Below, one piece after another: positions 46,616 through 56,204 of a stretch of DNA of 64,000 nt. Position 1 is the stretch's first letter, and every line of letters begins with the position of its first letter. This stretch comes from Pirellulales bacterium (GTDB taxonomy: Bacteria > Planctomycetota > Planctomycetia > Pirellulales > JAICIG01). The notes below the pieces were generated by a model. The model made no database searches. It was not told the DNA's origin and was given only the letters and a program-made list of their open reading frames with translations. A program made the translations under genes and the position numbers. Location of the stretch: positions 192,001-256,000 of the forward strand of contig JBBDYJ010000035.1 in assembly GCA_040901675.1 (NCBI GenBank). The letters run 5' to 3'.

Positions 46616-47410
46616 GGGGCCTGGGTCAGTGAACTGCCAGGCCAATACCAGGATCCCCACGCCGATGCACCACCAGGCGAACAGGTAGAGCCGGCCCTGG
46701 TACAGCCAGCGCAGCAGCCAGTGGATTGCCAGCAGGCCAACGGCAAACGAGACAAAAGCGCCGGCCAGTAGGGGCCCGGCCGACACGGACGTCGGCGCGT
46801 CGCCCGCCAGGTCGATGGCCGCCAGCACGCCGGCGCCCGTCAGCGCCGGCACGGCCAGCAGGAACGAGAAGGTAGCCGCCGCTTCGCGCGACAACCCCAC
46901 GGCCAGGCCGGCTGCGATCGTGGTGCCGCTGCGCGAGATGCCGGGCAGCGGGGCCAACGCCTGGCATAGCCCGATCAGCAGAGCCTGACGGTAGCCCAAT
47001 TCGGTGTAGGCGGTGTCGCCGGGTGGGTATTTGGCAATCCATAGCAGCATCAGGCCGTTGAGCGGCAGCATGCACCCGGTTAGCCACGCGTTGACCAGCA
47101 GGGGGCCGAAATACTCCTTGAGCAGCAGGCCGACGACGGCCGCCGGCAGCGTGCCCACGGCGATCAGACCCAAGACGCGGCGGTCCTGTCCGAGCAGTTG
47201 GAGAATCCGCCGCCAATAAACCACCAGGATCGTCAGCAGGGTGCCGAGGTGCAGGATGATCGTAACCAACAGCTCCGGCTCGCCCAGCTCGCGCGAAGTG
47301 AAGACGCCGAACAGCTTGCTCGCCACGACCAGGTGACCGTCGGAACTGATCGGCAGGAACTCGCTGATGCCCTGCACGATGCCCAGGATGATGATTCGCA
47401 GATAATCCAT
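46034..47410 (-). CDS. uppP: Undecaprenyl-diphosphate phosphatase; frame runs on antisense into hemW
   Basis: LGIVQGISEFLPISSDGH, PGISRSGTTI, AATFSFLL; homology appears to end near 46630 but the first in-frame stop is at 46034. Confidence 0.88.
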   Translation of the reverse strand: MDYLRIIILGIVQGISEFLPISSDGHLVVASKLFGVFTSRELGEPELLVTIILHLGTLLTILVVYWRRILQLLGQDRRVLGLIAVGTLPAAVVGLLLKEYFGPLLVNAWLTGCMLPLNGLMLLWIAKYPPGDTAYTELGYRQALLIGLCQALAPLPGISRSGTTIAAGLAVGLSREAAATFSFLLAVPALTGAGVLAAIDLAGDAPTSVSAGPLLAGAFVSFAVGLLAIHWLLRWLYQGRLYLFAWWCIGVGILVLAWQFTDPGPSASQKLRPDRVADEQSLPGETHASPGIVDQAQADQPLEALSHQIVQVAVPAAREGNAVDAFQPAQPQDQGFAGLVLGRQRFALGHGGLPGQHPLEPGGGALVVGFAASADVAGRPRPGCMILVRVPIHLVVPAAMARTGEVRNLVMFETGGRQRIDRLGVHGQFRLLVDRAQLPAGAPAPICSAALVGQPVAG

Positions 47411-47545
47411 GGCAAGCAGCCAAGTATAGCCTGTCGCGGCCGCTGGAGTCTTGATTTCGCGGGGCAATGAGCACCGCACGGCGGCCACAAGGCCTTGTTC
47501 GTCGGGCCTCTTTGCCGGCTTGGGGAGATTTGCCATAATGGGTTC

Positions 47546-48442
47546 ATGTTCAAGAATCTGAGTCCGAAGGCGCTCGGCGTTTCGGCCAGTCAAGGCGAAT
47601 TGATCGAATTGGCGCTTTCGTTCGGGTTTCGAGGCATCGATCTGGACCTGGTCCAGTTTGCCGAGCAGGTGCGAGACCAGGGGTTGCCCAAGGCGCGCCG
47701 GCTGTTGGACAGCGCCAAGCTGCGGATCGGCACGTTCGCCCTGCCCTTCGAGCTGGACGCCGACGACGAGGCCTGGAAACAGGGTCTCGACAAGTTGCCC
47801 GAGCTCGCCTCCCTGGCGCACGAGCTCGGCGCCAAACGCTGCCAGACCACGATCGCGCCGGCCAGCGACACGCGGCCGTACCATCAGAACTTCGAGTTCC
47901 ACCGCCAGCGGCTGACCGAAGTCGCCGGCAAGCTCGAGCCGGCGGGCGTACACCTGGCGGTCGGCTTCGAGGCCTGGGCCCACGAGCGCGAGGGCAAGGC
48001 GTTCGAGTTCATCCACGACTTGGATGCGCTGTTGGTGCTGTTGGGCACGGTGACGGCCCGAAACGTCGGGCTGGCCATCGACCTCTGGCAGGTCTGGGCC
48101 GCGAGCAGTTCGCTGGAAGCCGTCCGCGGCAGGCTCAAGCCTGGTCAAATCGTGACCGTGGCGGTGGCCGACGTCGAGCCGGGCGACTGTGCCGCCCCGG
48201 ACGAGTGCCCGCCGACGTCGCGGCGATTGCCCGGAGAGACCGGCATCATCCAGGTGACCGAGGCCTTGGCGATGCTGTCGTCGCTGGGCTACGACGGTCC
48301 CGTGACGCCGTGCCCCGACAGCAGCCGCTTTGCCGGGATGCGACGCGACCAGATCGTCAAGCTATGCGGCCAGAAGCTGGACGAGGTCTGGAAGGCGGCC
48401 GGGCTCAAGTCCGCCGGCGCGGGAATTGGCGCCCGGCGCTGA
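47546..48442 (+). CDS. Sugar phosphate isomerase/epimerase family (xylose isomerase-like TIM barrel)
   Basis: ELALSFGFRGID, NVGLAIDLW, RRLPGETG, GYDGPVT. Confidence 0.8.
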   Translation: MFKNLSPKALGVSASQGELIELALSFGFRGIDLDLVQFAEQVRDQGLPKARRLLDSAKLRIGTFALPFELDADDEAWKQGLDKLPELASLAHELGAKRCQTTIAPASDTRPYHQNFEFHRQRLTEVAGKLEPAGVHLAVGFEAWAHEREGKAFEFIHDLDALLVLLGTVTARNVGLAIDLWQVWAASSSLEAVRGRLKPGQIVTVAVADVEPGDCAAPDECPPTSRRLPGETGIIQVTEALAMLSSLGYDGPVTPCPDSSRFAGMRRDQIVKLCGQKLDEVWKAAGLKSAGAGIGARR

Positions 48443-48657
48443 TCCGACGGCCGTGCGCGCCGAATCGGCCGGGCATTCTGGCCAATTCTTTAATACCGTC
48501 TGTGCGGCCTTTCATGCCCGCGGCGGGCCGATTGAATCTCTGCAGCCCCGTTTCGCTTAGCGCCCCATTGGCCGCCGGTCGATCGCATATACAGATGCTC
48601 CGCTGCCGGGGAGGCAGCGCGGCACGGCGGGCACCCTTGCCTGGTGGTCACGGACGA

Positions 48658-49677
48658 ATGACACTTCGCCGCTGTTGGCCTGCGCTGGTGGCTGTGTCGC
48701 TGGCTGGCACGGCCGGCTGGGGCCATGGGCAGCACCCCATGGCCGGCACGTCGACCGTGGCGGCCCGGCGGACAGGGCAAGCGGCCTCCCTTTTGCCGTG
48801 CCGACCCCCTTGCCTGGTTCGGATCGAGCGAGCAGCCCACGTCGTCACGGCCGGCTATCCCTCGGACCAGGCACCGCCGGAGATCGATTCGGCTACGGCC
48901 CTGTCGGTTGAAATCAGCCGGGCCAATGGGCCGCCGCGTACTTTGATCCGCGACGTGCGCGTCGTGCCGCGGCCGATTCCCCACGATGGCCCCGTCAAGC
49001 GGCTGCCGTCTCCCGCCGACGCGTGGTCGTCCATGCTGGTCCTCAGTGTGCCTCCTCATGGCCACCCGATGGGGACTGCGTCGCGGCAAGCCGAGGAGCA
49101 CGTTCGTCGGGGCGACGAGCTTGCGGATCGCGGAGCGCTGTTCTCCGCGCGGGCGGCGTTCGTTAGCGCGCTCGACGTGCTGAGCCAAGGGTTGGATGCC
49201 GAGTCGGCCGGCGTACACTACAGCCGGGCCTTGGCCGCCGGCCTCTTGGCCCTGGAAGAGGCGGAACACTTTGTGCCTTCCGGCGGGGACGCAGCCGGGA
49301 TCGACCTGGCTGTCTCGATCAGCGCTCACCGCACGCCGGTGCTCAAGGGCCTGCCCCGCGCCGACCTCACGGCGGAGACGGCCCGCGAGGCTTACTTCAC
49401 GTTTGCCCGGGAGCAACTGGGGGTGGCGGCCGGAACGGAGCCGGCCGGCTCGATGGCTCTGTACGGGCTGGGCAAGGTCTACACGGCGCTAGCCGGTCAC
49501 GAGCCGCCCGTTCAATCCGCCGATTCCAAGGCGATGGTCTTTCACCAGGCCGCCCTGGCCACCGATCCCGGCAACGCGCTGGCGGCCAACGAGCTAGCCG
49601 TGCTGCTGGTTCGCCGCGGGCGATACGAAGCCGCCCGCGAGCTGCTCGAGCGGAGCGTGCCGATCTCGACGCGCTAG
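48658..49677 (+). CDS. Exported TPR-containing hypothetical protein
   Basis: Signal-like N-terminus; C-terminal ALYGLGKVY...AANELAVLL..RGRYEAARELLERS TPR helices. Confidence 0.7.
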   Translation: MTLRRCWPALVAVSLAGTAGWGHGQHPMAGTSTVAARRTGQAASLLPCRPPCLVRIERAAHVVTAGYPSDQAPPEIDSATALSVEISRANGPPRTLIRDVRVVPRPIPHDGPVKRLPSPADAWSSMLVLSVPPHGHPMGTASRQAEEHVRRGDELADRGALFSARAAFVSALDVLSQGLDAESAGVHYSRALAAGLLALEEAEHFVPSGGDAAGIDLAVSISAHRTPVLKGLPRADLTAETAREAYFTFAREQLGVAAGTEPAGSMALYGLGKVYTALAGHEPPVQSADSKAMVFHQAALATDPGNALAANELAVLLVRRGRYEAARELLERSVPISTR

Positions 49678-49694
49678 AGCGGGGTTCACGCAGA

Positions 49695-49747
49695 GTAGCC
49701 GTCACGCTCCGCGTGACGAGCTACCTCACGCGGAGCGTGAGGGCTAC
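49695..49747. repeat. GTAG-type REP inverted doublet (REPIN-like)
   Basis: GTAG-CCGTCACGC-TCC-GCGTGACG ... CCTCACGC-GGA-GCGTGAGG-GCTAC: two palindromes, with GTAG and CTAC at the outer ends. Confidence 0.85.
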
Positions 49748-49785
49748 TATAACGGCGGCGAGCTCGAGGTCTCGGGGAAGCATGG

Positions 49786-50349
49786 CTACCGGAGCACTGC
49801 TTCTCGGTCCCGACAGGTCGGGACCTCCAAGCAGTGGCACTCGTCCGCTTGCTTGGCGAACGCATACGTGCCGAAGAGCACGCCGGTCCAGACGGCGTTG
49901 CCGTAAAGCGTGTACTTGAAGAAGGGTAGGCCGGCCAGGTAGCAAGCCGCCAGGCCGCCGGCCGTGTGGGGATACATGCTGCCGAACATCCAGACGGCCC
50001 CGTTGGTTGCCAGAAAGAACGCCAGCGAACAGAGCACCGAACAGCCCGCGGCCCGCAGAATCAGCCGGCGTCCGGCCAACAGCGGGCGCAAGTATACGCC
50101 CAGCGCCAGCGCGGCATACACCACGATCATCGTGCGCACGTCGTACGGCCCGATGATCGCGTCGCTGAGCAGCAGGGCGACCAGCGGCACGGCCAACGCC
50201 ACCGCCCGGCGGCGATACCAATAACCGGCGAACAGCGCCACGGCGGCCACCGGAGTAAAGTTGGGCCAATGGGGCAGTAACCGGCCGGCCACGCACAGCC
50301 CCACCAACAGCGAGAACATCGCCACCGCGCTTTGCCACTGCTTGCTCAT
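49786..50349 (-). CDS. DUF6580-like putative transport membrane protein (PNFTP motif)
   Basis: RLLPHWPNFTPVAAVALFAG...FFLATNGAVW...YPHT..GL..CY..GLPFF. Confidence 0.8.
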   Translation of the reverse strand: MSKQWQSAVAMFSLLVGLCVAGRLLPHWPNFTPVAAVALFAGYWYRRRAVALAVPLVALLLSDAIIGPYDVRTMIVVYAALALGVYLRPLLAGRRLILRAAGCSVLCSLAFFLATNGAVWMFGSMYPHTAGGLAACYLAGLPFFKYTLYGNAVWTGVLFGTYAFAKQADECHCLEVPTCRDREAVLR

Positions 50350-50366
50350 CGTTTTCTTACCTCGTG

Positions 50367-50822
50367 CTACTGCCGGTCGTTATACTCGATGAACTCCCAG
50401 CGGACTACGTCCGACGCCGCCGGCTGGTACACGCCGAAGCTGCGGTCCGCCCGCTTGCCGTTGACCGAGTACATCCAGTTCTTCTTGCCGGCCCCCTGGT
50501 TCTTCAGGTCGTCGATCTGGGTGGCAAAGGCCGTTTCGCCCCGGCCGGTGTACTTCAACGCGATTCCATGCGGGCTCTCACTGGCCGCCTGCATGGCATC
50601 CAGCACCGTCATGCCGTCGCTCCAGGCGAGACGGGTAAAGTGCTTTTCCACGCCGTCGCCATAATCGATCACGACCCGTACCGTCTTGACTTTCGGCCTG
50701 GGCGCCGCTGGAGCGTCGCCGGCAGGTTTTTGTAGCGCCCTGCCCGAAGCCGCCGCGGCCAGCAGGCAGCAGACAAACGTCCCCAGCAGCAGTGCTCGCG
50801 GGCGGCCTGGTCCGGCATTCAT
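50367..50822 (-). CDS. DUF4430 (transcobalamin-like) domain exported protein
   Basis: TVLDAM...AFATQIDDLKNQG...NWMYSVNGK......GVY......VRWEF. Confidence 0.82.
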   Translation of the reverse strand: MNAGPGRPRALLLGTFVCCLLAAAASGRALQKPAGDAPAAPRPKVKTVRVVIDYGDGVEKHFTRLAWSDGMTVLDAMQAASESPHGIALKYTGRGETAFATQIDDLKNQGAGKKNWMYSVNGKRADRSFGVYQPAASDVVRWEFIEYNDRQ

Positions 50823-51022
50823 GCAACTCTTTCTCCCGATCCCGCCTGCCCGCTCCCAAAAACCAGCGACATTGTACAATTGATTAGGCCGCATTGACAG
50901 CCGCACTCGGCGAGTCGGCCCTGTCGCCGGGTGGCCGGATGGTATACGATTCTGCGCTGGGCCGGTGCCGCTGGCGCCGGCAAGGCGTGAAATGGCACAT
51001 TTCAGTAGCCGGAAGGATTCGA

Positions 51023-53161
51023 ATGGCTGACGCACCTGCCGCCAGGCTCACGTTTGCCGAGCCGGACATCGCCGTTCTCTCGCTCGATGCTCCCGATAAG
51101 GGGGCCAACATCCTGTCGCTGTCCGTGCTGGCCCAGTTGGAGCGGCTGCTGGACCAGTTGCAGCCGCGGCAGGACCTGGCGGGGCTGATTATCCGCTCGG
51201 CCAAGCCGGGCATCTTTATCGCCGGCGCCGACATCCGCGAGTTCGCCGCGTCGTTCGACGTTCCCAAGCAGCAGACCATCGGCGTGGCCACCCGCGGCCG
51301 CACGCTGTTTCAGCGGTTGAGCAAGTGCCCGTTCGTCACCGTGGCCGCCATCGACGGAATCTGCGTGGGAGGCGGCGCCGAGCTGGCCATCTGGTGCGAC
51401 CGGCGGATCATGACGACGAGCGACCGGGCGCAGTTCGGCTTTCCGGAAGTCAAGCTGGGACTGTTTCCGGGCTGGGGCGGCACGGCGCGGACGCCGCGGA
51501 TCGTGGGGCTGGCCAATGCCGTCGAGCTGATCACCGGCGGCGAATCGATCGACGGCCGGGCCGCCGCCGCCATGGGGCTCACGAGCGACCTGGTCGACAG
51601 CGAGCGATTGGACCAGGCCGCCGTCGCCCTGGTGCGGGCCGAACAGACCTCCCGCGAATATCTAGCCGACCGCCAGCGCTGGAGTAGGCCCCTGGACATC
51701 AGCGAAACGGAGCTGGCCTTCCTGGGTGCGACGGCGTCGGCCTACATCCAGCAGCAAACCAAGGGTCAGTACCCGGCGCCGCTGGCCGCCTTGGAAGTGA
51801 TGCTCGGCTCGGCGGGGCTGGATGTGGAGGAAGCCGGCCGGCAGGAGGCCGAAGCCTTTGCCGAGCTGTTCGGCACGCCGATCAATCGTGCTCTGATCAA
51901 CGTGTTTTTCCTGATGGACCGCAACAAGAAGGACCCCGGCGTGGAGGCCAAGTCGAGCCCACGGCCGGTGCGGTCGTTGGGAGTTTTCGGCGCGGGGATC
52001 ATGGGCTCGGGCATCTCCGCCGCCGCCGTCAAGCGTGAAATCGCCGTAACGATTACCGACACGGCACAGCCGGCGCTGGCGGCCGGTGTCAAAAACATCC
52101 TGGAAGAAGCGTCTTACAACCGGCAGACCGGCGGGCCGGACGTGCAGCGGATGTCGAAGATCGCTCCCCTGGTCAACGCCACCACCGTCATCGACGAGTT
52201 CAAGAGCTGCGAGCTGGTGATCGAAGCGGTGGTCGAGAACCCAAAGGTCAAGCAGGACTTGTATGCCCGGATCGAGCCTTTGTTGAGCAACGAGACGGTC
52301 CTGGCCTCGAACACGTCGGCCATTTCCATCGGCCGGTTGGCCGAGGGGCTCAAGCGTCCCGATCGGTTTTGCGGCATCCACTTTTTCAACCCGGTACGAA
52401 AGATGCCGCTGGTGGAAGTGATCCGCGGGCCGAAGACCAGCGACGCCACCGTGGCCACGGCGGTGGCTTTTGCCAAGGCCATCGGCAAATCGCCGATCGT
52501 GGTCAACGACGGGCCCGGCTTCCTCGTGAACCGGCTGCTGCTGCCCTACATGAACGAGGCCCTGGAGTTGTTGCAGGAAGGCGTCGAGATCAAGGCCATC
52601 GAGCAGGCGGCCAAGAGCTTCGGCATGCCGATGGGCCCGATCACGCTCTACGACGTGGTGGGTTTGGACACCGCCTTGTTCGCCGGCCAGGTGATGCACG
52701 AGGCCTTTCCCGACCGCATCGGCCAGTCGGCCGTGTTGAGCGCCATGGTCAAGGCGGGCAGGCTGGGACAAAAAGCGGGCCGCGGCTTCTTCTCGTACCA
52801 GGACAAGCAGGGGCGCGGGCAAAGCGACCCTTCGCTGGCCGAAGTGCTAAGGCCCTTGGTCCGCAAGCAGGTGAAGCTGAGCGAAGAGGAGATTGTGGCC
52901 CGGTTGTTTCTGCCGATGGTGCTCGAGGCGACGCGGGTGCTCGACGAACAGAAGGTCCGCGATCCACGCGACGTCGACCTGGGGTTGATCTATGGCATTG
53001 GGTTTCCCGCTTTCAAGGGGGGACTGTTGTTCTGGGCCGACACGCTGGGAGCGGCCAAGCTCGTGGAGATGCTGAAGCCGCTGGAGCCGCTCGGACCGCG
53101 CTACCAAGCGACGGCGATGCTGCTATCGCTGGCCAACAGCGGCGGGCGGTTCTACGGATGA
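51023..53161 (+). CDS. fadB: Fatty acid oxidation complex alpha subunit (enoyl-CoA hydratase/3-hydroxyacyl-CoA dehydrogenase)
   Basis: FIAGADI, GGGAELA, FPEVKLG, GAGIMGSGI, LASNTSAI, HFFNPV, PGFLVNR. Confidence 0.92.
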   Translation: MADAPAARLTFAEPDIAVLSLDAPDKGANILSLSVLAQLERLLDQLQPRQDLAGLIIRSAKPGIFIAGADIREFAASFDVPKQQTIGVATRGRTLFQRLSKCPFVTVAAIDGICVGGGAELAIWCDRRIMTTSDRAQFGFPEVKLGLFPGWGGTARTPRIVGLANAVELITGGESIDGRAAAAMGLTSDLVDSERLDQAAVALVRAEQTSREYLADRQRWSRPLDISETELAFLGATASAYIQQQTKGQYPAPLAALEVMLGSAGLDVEEAGRQEAEAFAELFGTPINRALINVFFLMDRNKKDPGVEAKSSPRPVRSLGVFGAGIMGSGISAAAVKREIAVTITDTAQPALAAGVKNILEEASYNRQTGGPDVQRMSKIAPLVNATTVIDEFKSCELVIEAVVENPKVKQDLYARIEPLLSNETVLASNTSAISIGRLAEGLKRPDRFCGIHFFNPVRKMPLVEVIRGPKTSDATVATAVAFAKAIGKSPIVVNDGPGFLVNRLLLPYMNEALELLQEGVEIKAIEQAAKSFGMPMGPITLYDVVGLDTALFAGQVMHEAFPDRIGQSAVLSAMVKAGRLGQKAGRGFFSYQDKQGRGQSDPSLAEVLRPLVRKQVKLSEEEIVARLFLPMVLEATRVLDEQKVRDPRDVDLGLIYGIGFPAFKGGLLFWADTLGAAKLVEMLKPLEPLGPRYQATAMLLSLANSGGRFYG

Positions 53162-53253
53162 AGAGGGCCGGCTTGAACAGGAACGGCCGTTGCCGCGGCC
53201 GGTGAACTTGGCAGCTTTTTCGGAGACCCTGCGGGGTTTCGGGAGATAGACGT

Positions 53254-54411
53254 ATGAAAGAAGCCGTGGTGGTGGACTGCGTGCGGACGCCGATCGGCCG
53301 CGCGCACAAGGATAAGGGCGTGTTTCGTGACGTCCGCAGCGACGACCTGGCGGTCGCCGTGATCAAGGCGCTCGTCGAGCGGACCGGTATCGACCCCGCC
53401 GAGATCGAGGACGTCGTGCTGGGCAACACGCAGCAGCAAGGCGAGCAGGGGCTGTGCGTGGCCCGCACCGTGGCCTTGATGGCCGGTCTGCCGCTGGCCA
53501 CCGGCGGAGCCACCATCAATCGGCTTTGCGGGTCGAGCCTGCAGGCGCTCAACCAGGCCTCGCACGCAATCATGGCCGGCTTTGAAGACGTGCAGATCGT
53601 GGGAGGCCTGGAGCACATGCACCACATCGCGATGGACAAGGGGATCGACATCAATCCGAAGCTGTTCCATCGTACCAGCAAGGGCGCGCTGAACATGGGG
53701 ATCACCGCCGAGTTTCTGGCCCAGACGCAAGGCATCTCGCGGCAGGCGCAGGACGAGTTTGCCCTGCGAAGCCACCGGCGGGCGGCCGCCGCCCATGCGG
53801 CCGGCGAGTTCAAGCCGGAGATCGTGCCCGTCTGGGGGCGCGACGAGACCGGCAACCGAACCCTGGTCCAAGTCGATCAGTGCGTCCGCCCCGATACCAG
53901 CGCCGAGGCGCTGGCCGCGCTCAAGCCCGCGTTTATGCCCGGCCTGGGGACGGTCACCGCCGGAAACAGCTCGCCGTTGAACGACGGCGCGGCCGCGCTG
54001 TTGATCATGTCGCGTGAAAAGGCCAAATCGTTGGGGCTCACGCCGCTGGCCCGCGTGCTGGCCACCGCGGTGGTGGGGGTCGACCCGGCCGTGATGGGCA
54101 CCGGCCCCGTGCCGGCCACCCAAAAGGCGCTCAAGCGGGCGGGTCTCAAGCTGGACGACATCGAGATCGTCGAGCTGAACGAGGCCTTCGCCTCCCAGGC
54201 GCTGGCCTGCATCGAGATGCTCGGCCTGGACGAGGAACGGGTGAACGTCCGTGGCGGGGCGATTGCCATCGGCCACCCGCTGGGCGCCAGCGGCGCCCGC
54301 ATCACCACCACGCTTTTGCACAACATGGTCGATCGGGGCGCTACGTTGGGCCTGGCCACGATGTGCATCGGCGTCGGGCAGGGGATCGCCACGATCTTCG
54401 AACGCGTGTAA
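53254..54411 (+). CDS. fadA: Acetyl-CoA C-acyltransferase (thiolase)
   Basis: [34 protein letters not shown]. Confidence 0.95.
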   Translation: MKEAVVVDCVRTPIGRAHKDKGVFRDVRSDDLAVAVIKALVERTGIDPAEIEDVVLGNTQQQGEQGLCVARTVALMAGLPLATGGATINRLCGSSLQALNQASHAIMAGFEDVQIVGGLEHMHHIAMDKGIDINPKLFHRTSKGALNMGITAEFLAQTQGISRQAQDEFALRSHRRAAAAHAAGEFKPEIVPVWGRDETGNRTLVQVDQCVRPDTSAEALAALKPAFMPGLGTVTAGNSSPLNDGAAALLIMSREKAKSLGLTPLARVLATAVVGVDPAVMGTGPVPATQKALKRAGLKLDDIEIVELNEAFASQALACIEMLGLDEERVNVRGGAIAIGHPLGASGARITTTLLHNMVDRGATLGLATMCIGVGQGIATIFERV

Positions 54412-56103
54412 ATGTCCATGGAATCAACCGACGCCACGATCGTGTCGCTGTTCTTGCGGCGCGCGGCGGCCGACGCCGGCGGGATCGCGCTCTGGGTGCG
54501 GCGGGGCGATGCGCTGGCCGCCTGCCGCTGGGCGGAATTGGCCGACGACGTGCGGCGGACCGCGGGTGCCCTGGAAAAGCTGGGCGTGACGCCTCACGAC
54601 CGCGTGATCCTGATCTCGCCCAACCGCTACGAGTGGATCATCAGCGACTTGGCGATCCAACTCGCCGGCGCCGTCCACGTGCCGGTCCACGTGTCGCTGT
54701 CCGGTGCCCAAATGGCCTACCAGATCGCCGACAGCGGCGCCCGGCTGGTGCTGTTGGCGGGAGCGGACCAGGCGGCCTTGCTCGCCGCCCACCTGGCTCG
54801 CCAGAGCGACGCGTTTCGAGACGTGCAGTTTGTTTCCTTCGATCCGTGTCCGGCCATCGGGCCGGCCGAAGTGCGGCGTCTGGCCGACGTGGCTTCCGAG
54901 GTCGATCGTGCCACGGCGGCGAGGATCGAAGAGCGGGCCGTCAGCCAGACCAGGCCGGCGGACCTGGCCACGATTCTGTATACCTCGGGCACGACCGGCG
55001 AACCGAAGGGGGTGATGCTCAGCCAGCAGAACCTGGCCTCGAATGCGCTCGGCACGCTGGAAGCGTTTGGTCAAAAGGCCGACGACCTGCGGCTGACCTG
55101 GCTCCCCTTGAGCCATATCTTTGCCCGGACTTGCGACCTGTATACCTGGATCGCGTCGGGCAGCCAGCTCGCCTTGGCCGATAGTCCGGAGGCGGTGATC
55201 GCGAACTGCGGCGAGCTGCACCCCACGCTGCTCAACGGCGTGCCCTATTTCTTCGAGAAAGTGCAGCGTTGGCTGGTCCAGCAAGGCCTCGACCGCCAGC
55301 CGGGCAGCCTGCTGGGCTTGTTCGGGGGCCGGCTGAGAGCGGGCTGCGCGGGAGGGGCGCCACTGCCGGAGCACGTCGCCCGCTTTTACGAGAGCCAGGG
55401 GGTGCTGTTGGCGCAGGGCTACGGGCTGACGGAAAGCTCGCCGGTGATCAGCACCGAAACCGACTCGGCGAGGAAGCTGGGGACCGTCGGCCGGCCTATT
55501 CCGGGCGTTGAAGTGCGCATCTCGCCGGAGGGCGAAATCCTCACCCGCGGCCCGCACGTCATGCTCGGCTATTGGAACAAGCCCTCCGCCACCGCCCAGG
55601 CCATCCGCGACGGCTGGCTGTACACGGGCGACCTGGGTGAGCTCGACTCGGACGGGTTCCTGCGGATCACCGGACGCAAGAAAGAATTGATTGTCACCTC
55701 CGGCGGAAAAAACATTGCACCGACGTACATCGAGGCCCTGCTCACCTCCGACCCGCTGATCGAGCAGGCTGTGGTCGTCGGCGATGGCCGCAGTTGCCTG
55801 GCCGCCTTGATCGTGCCCAACCAGCCGGCCTTGCAGCCGGAGCTGGACCGCCTGGGGCTTGGCGAATGCGATGCGGCCGAGGGGCTGGCCGATCCGCGGG
55901 TCCGAGCGATCTATGCGCAGTGCATCGAGCAGCGGCTGTCGGACGTTTCGCATTACGAACAGGTCCGCCGGTTTGCCTTGCTGGACCGCCCCTTCTCGGT
56001 GGACCGGGGAGAACTGACGCTGACCCTCAAGCTGCGCCGCGGCGTGATCCAGTCGAACCATGCCGACACGATCGAGGCCCTCTACCAGGGGCCCGACGCT
56101 TGA
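54412..56103 (+). CDS. fadD: Long-chain fatty acid--CoA ligase
   Basis: YTSGTTGEPKG, QGYGLTE, TGDLG, GRKKELIVTSGGKNIAP. Confidence 0.9.
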   Translation: MSMESTDATIVSLFLRRAAADAGGIALWVRRGDALAACRWAELADDVRRTAGALEKLGVTPHDRVILISPNRYEWIISDLAIQLAGAVHVPVHVSLSGAQMAYQIADSGARLVLLAGADQAALLAAHLARQSDAFRDVQFVSFDPCPAIGPAEVRRLADVASEVDRATAARIEERAVSQTRPADLATILYTSGTTGEPKGVMLSQQNLASNALGTLEAFGQKADDLRLTWLPLSHIFARTCDLYTWIASGSQLALADSPEAVIANCGELHPTLLNGVPYFFEKVQRWLVQQGLDRQPGSLLGLFGGRLRAGCAGGAPLPEHVARFYESQGVLLAQGYGLTESSPVISTETDSARKLGTVGRPIPGVEVRISPEGEILTRGPHVMLGYWNKPSATAQAIRDGWLYTGDLGELDSDGFLRITGRKKELIVTSGGKNIAPTYIEALLTSDPLIEQAVVVGDGRSCLAALIVPNQPALQPELDRLGLGECDAAEGLADPRVRAIYAQCIEQRLSDVSHYEQVRRFALLDRPFSVDRGELTLTLKLRRGVIQSNHADTIEALYQGPDA

Positions 56104-56204
56104 GCGGCTGTGAATCAATCAGAATGCTTGTACAAGGCCGGTGGTTGCGGCACCTTTAAACAATGAGCTTCTGCGGGGATCTGTAGGTGTAGGTAGAGGT
56201 CGAA

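Noticed and set aside
50823..51022. Cobalamin riboswitch upstream of the DUF4430 gene
   Set aside because: No recognisable B12-box or GGGAA...GCCACTG core on the minus strand
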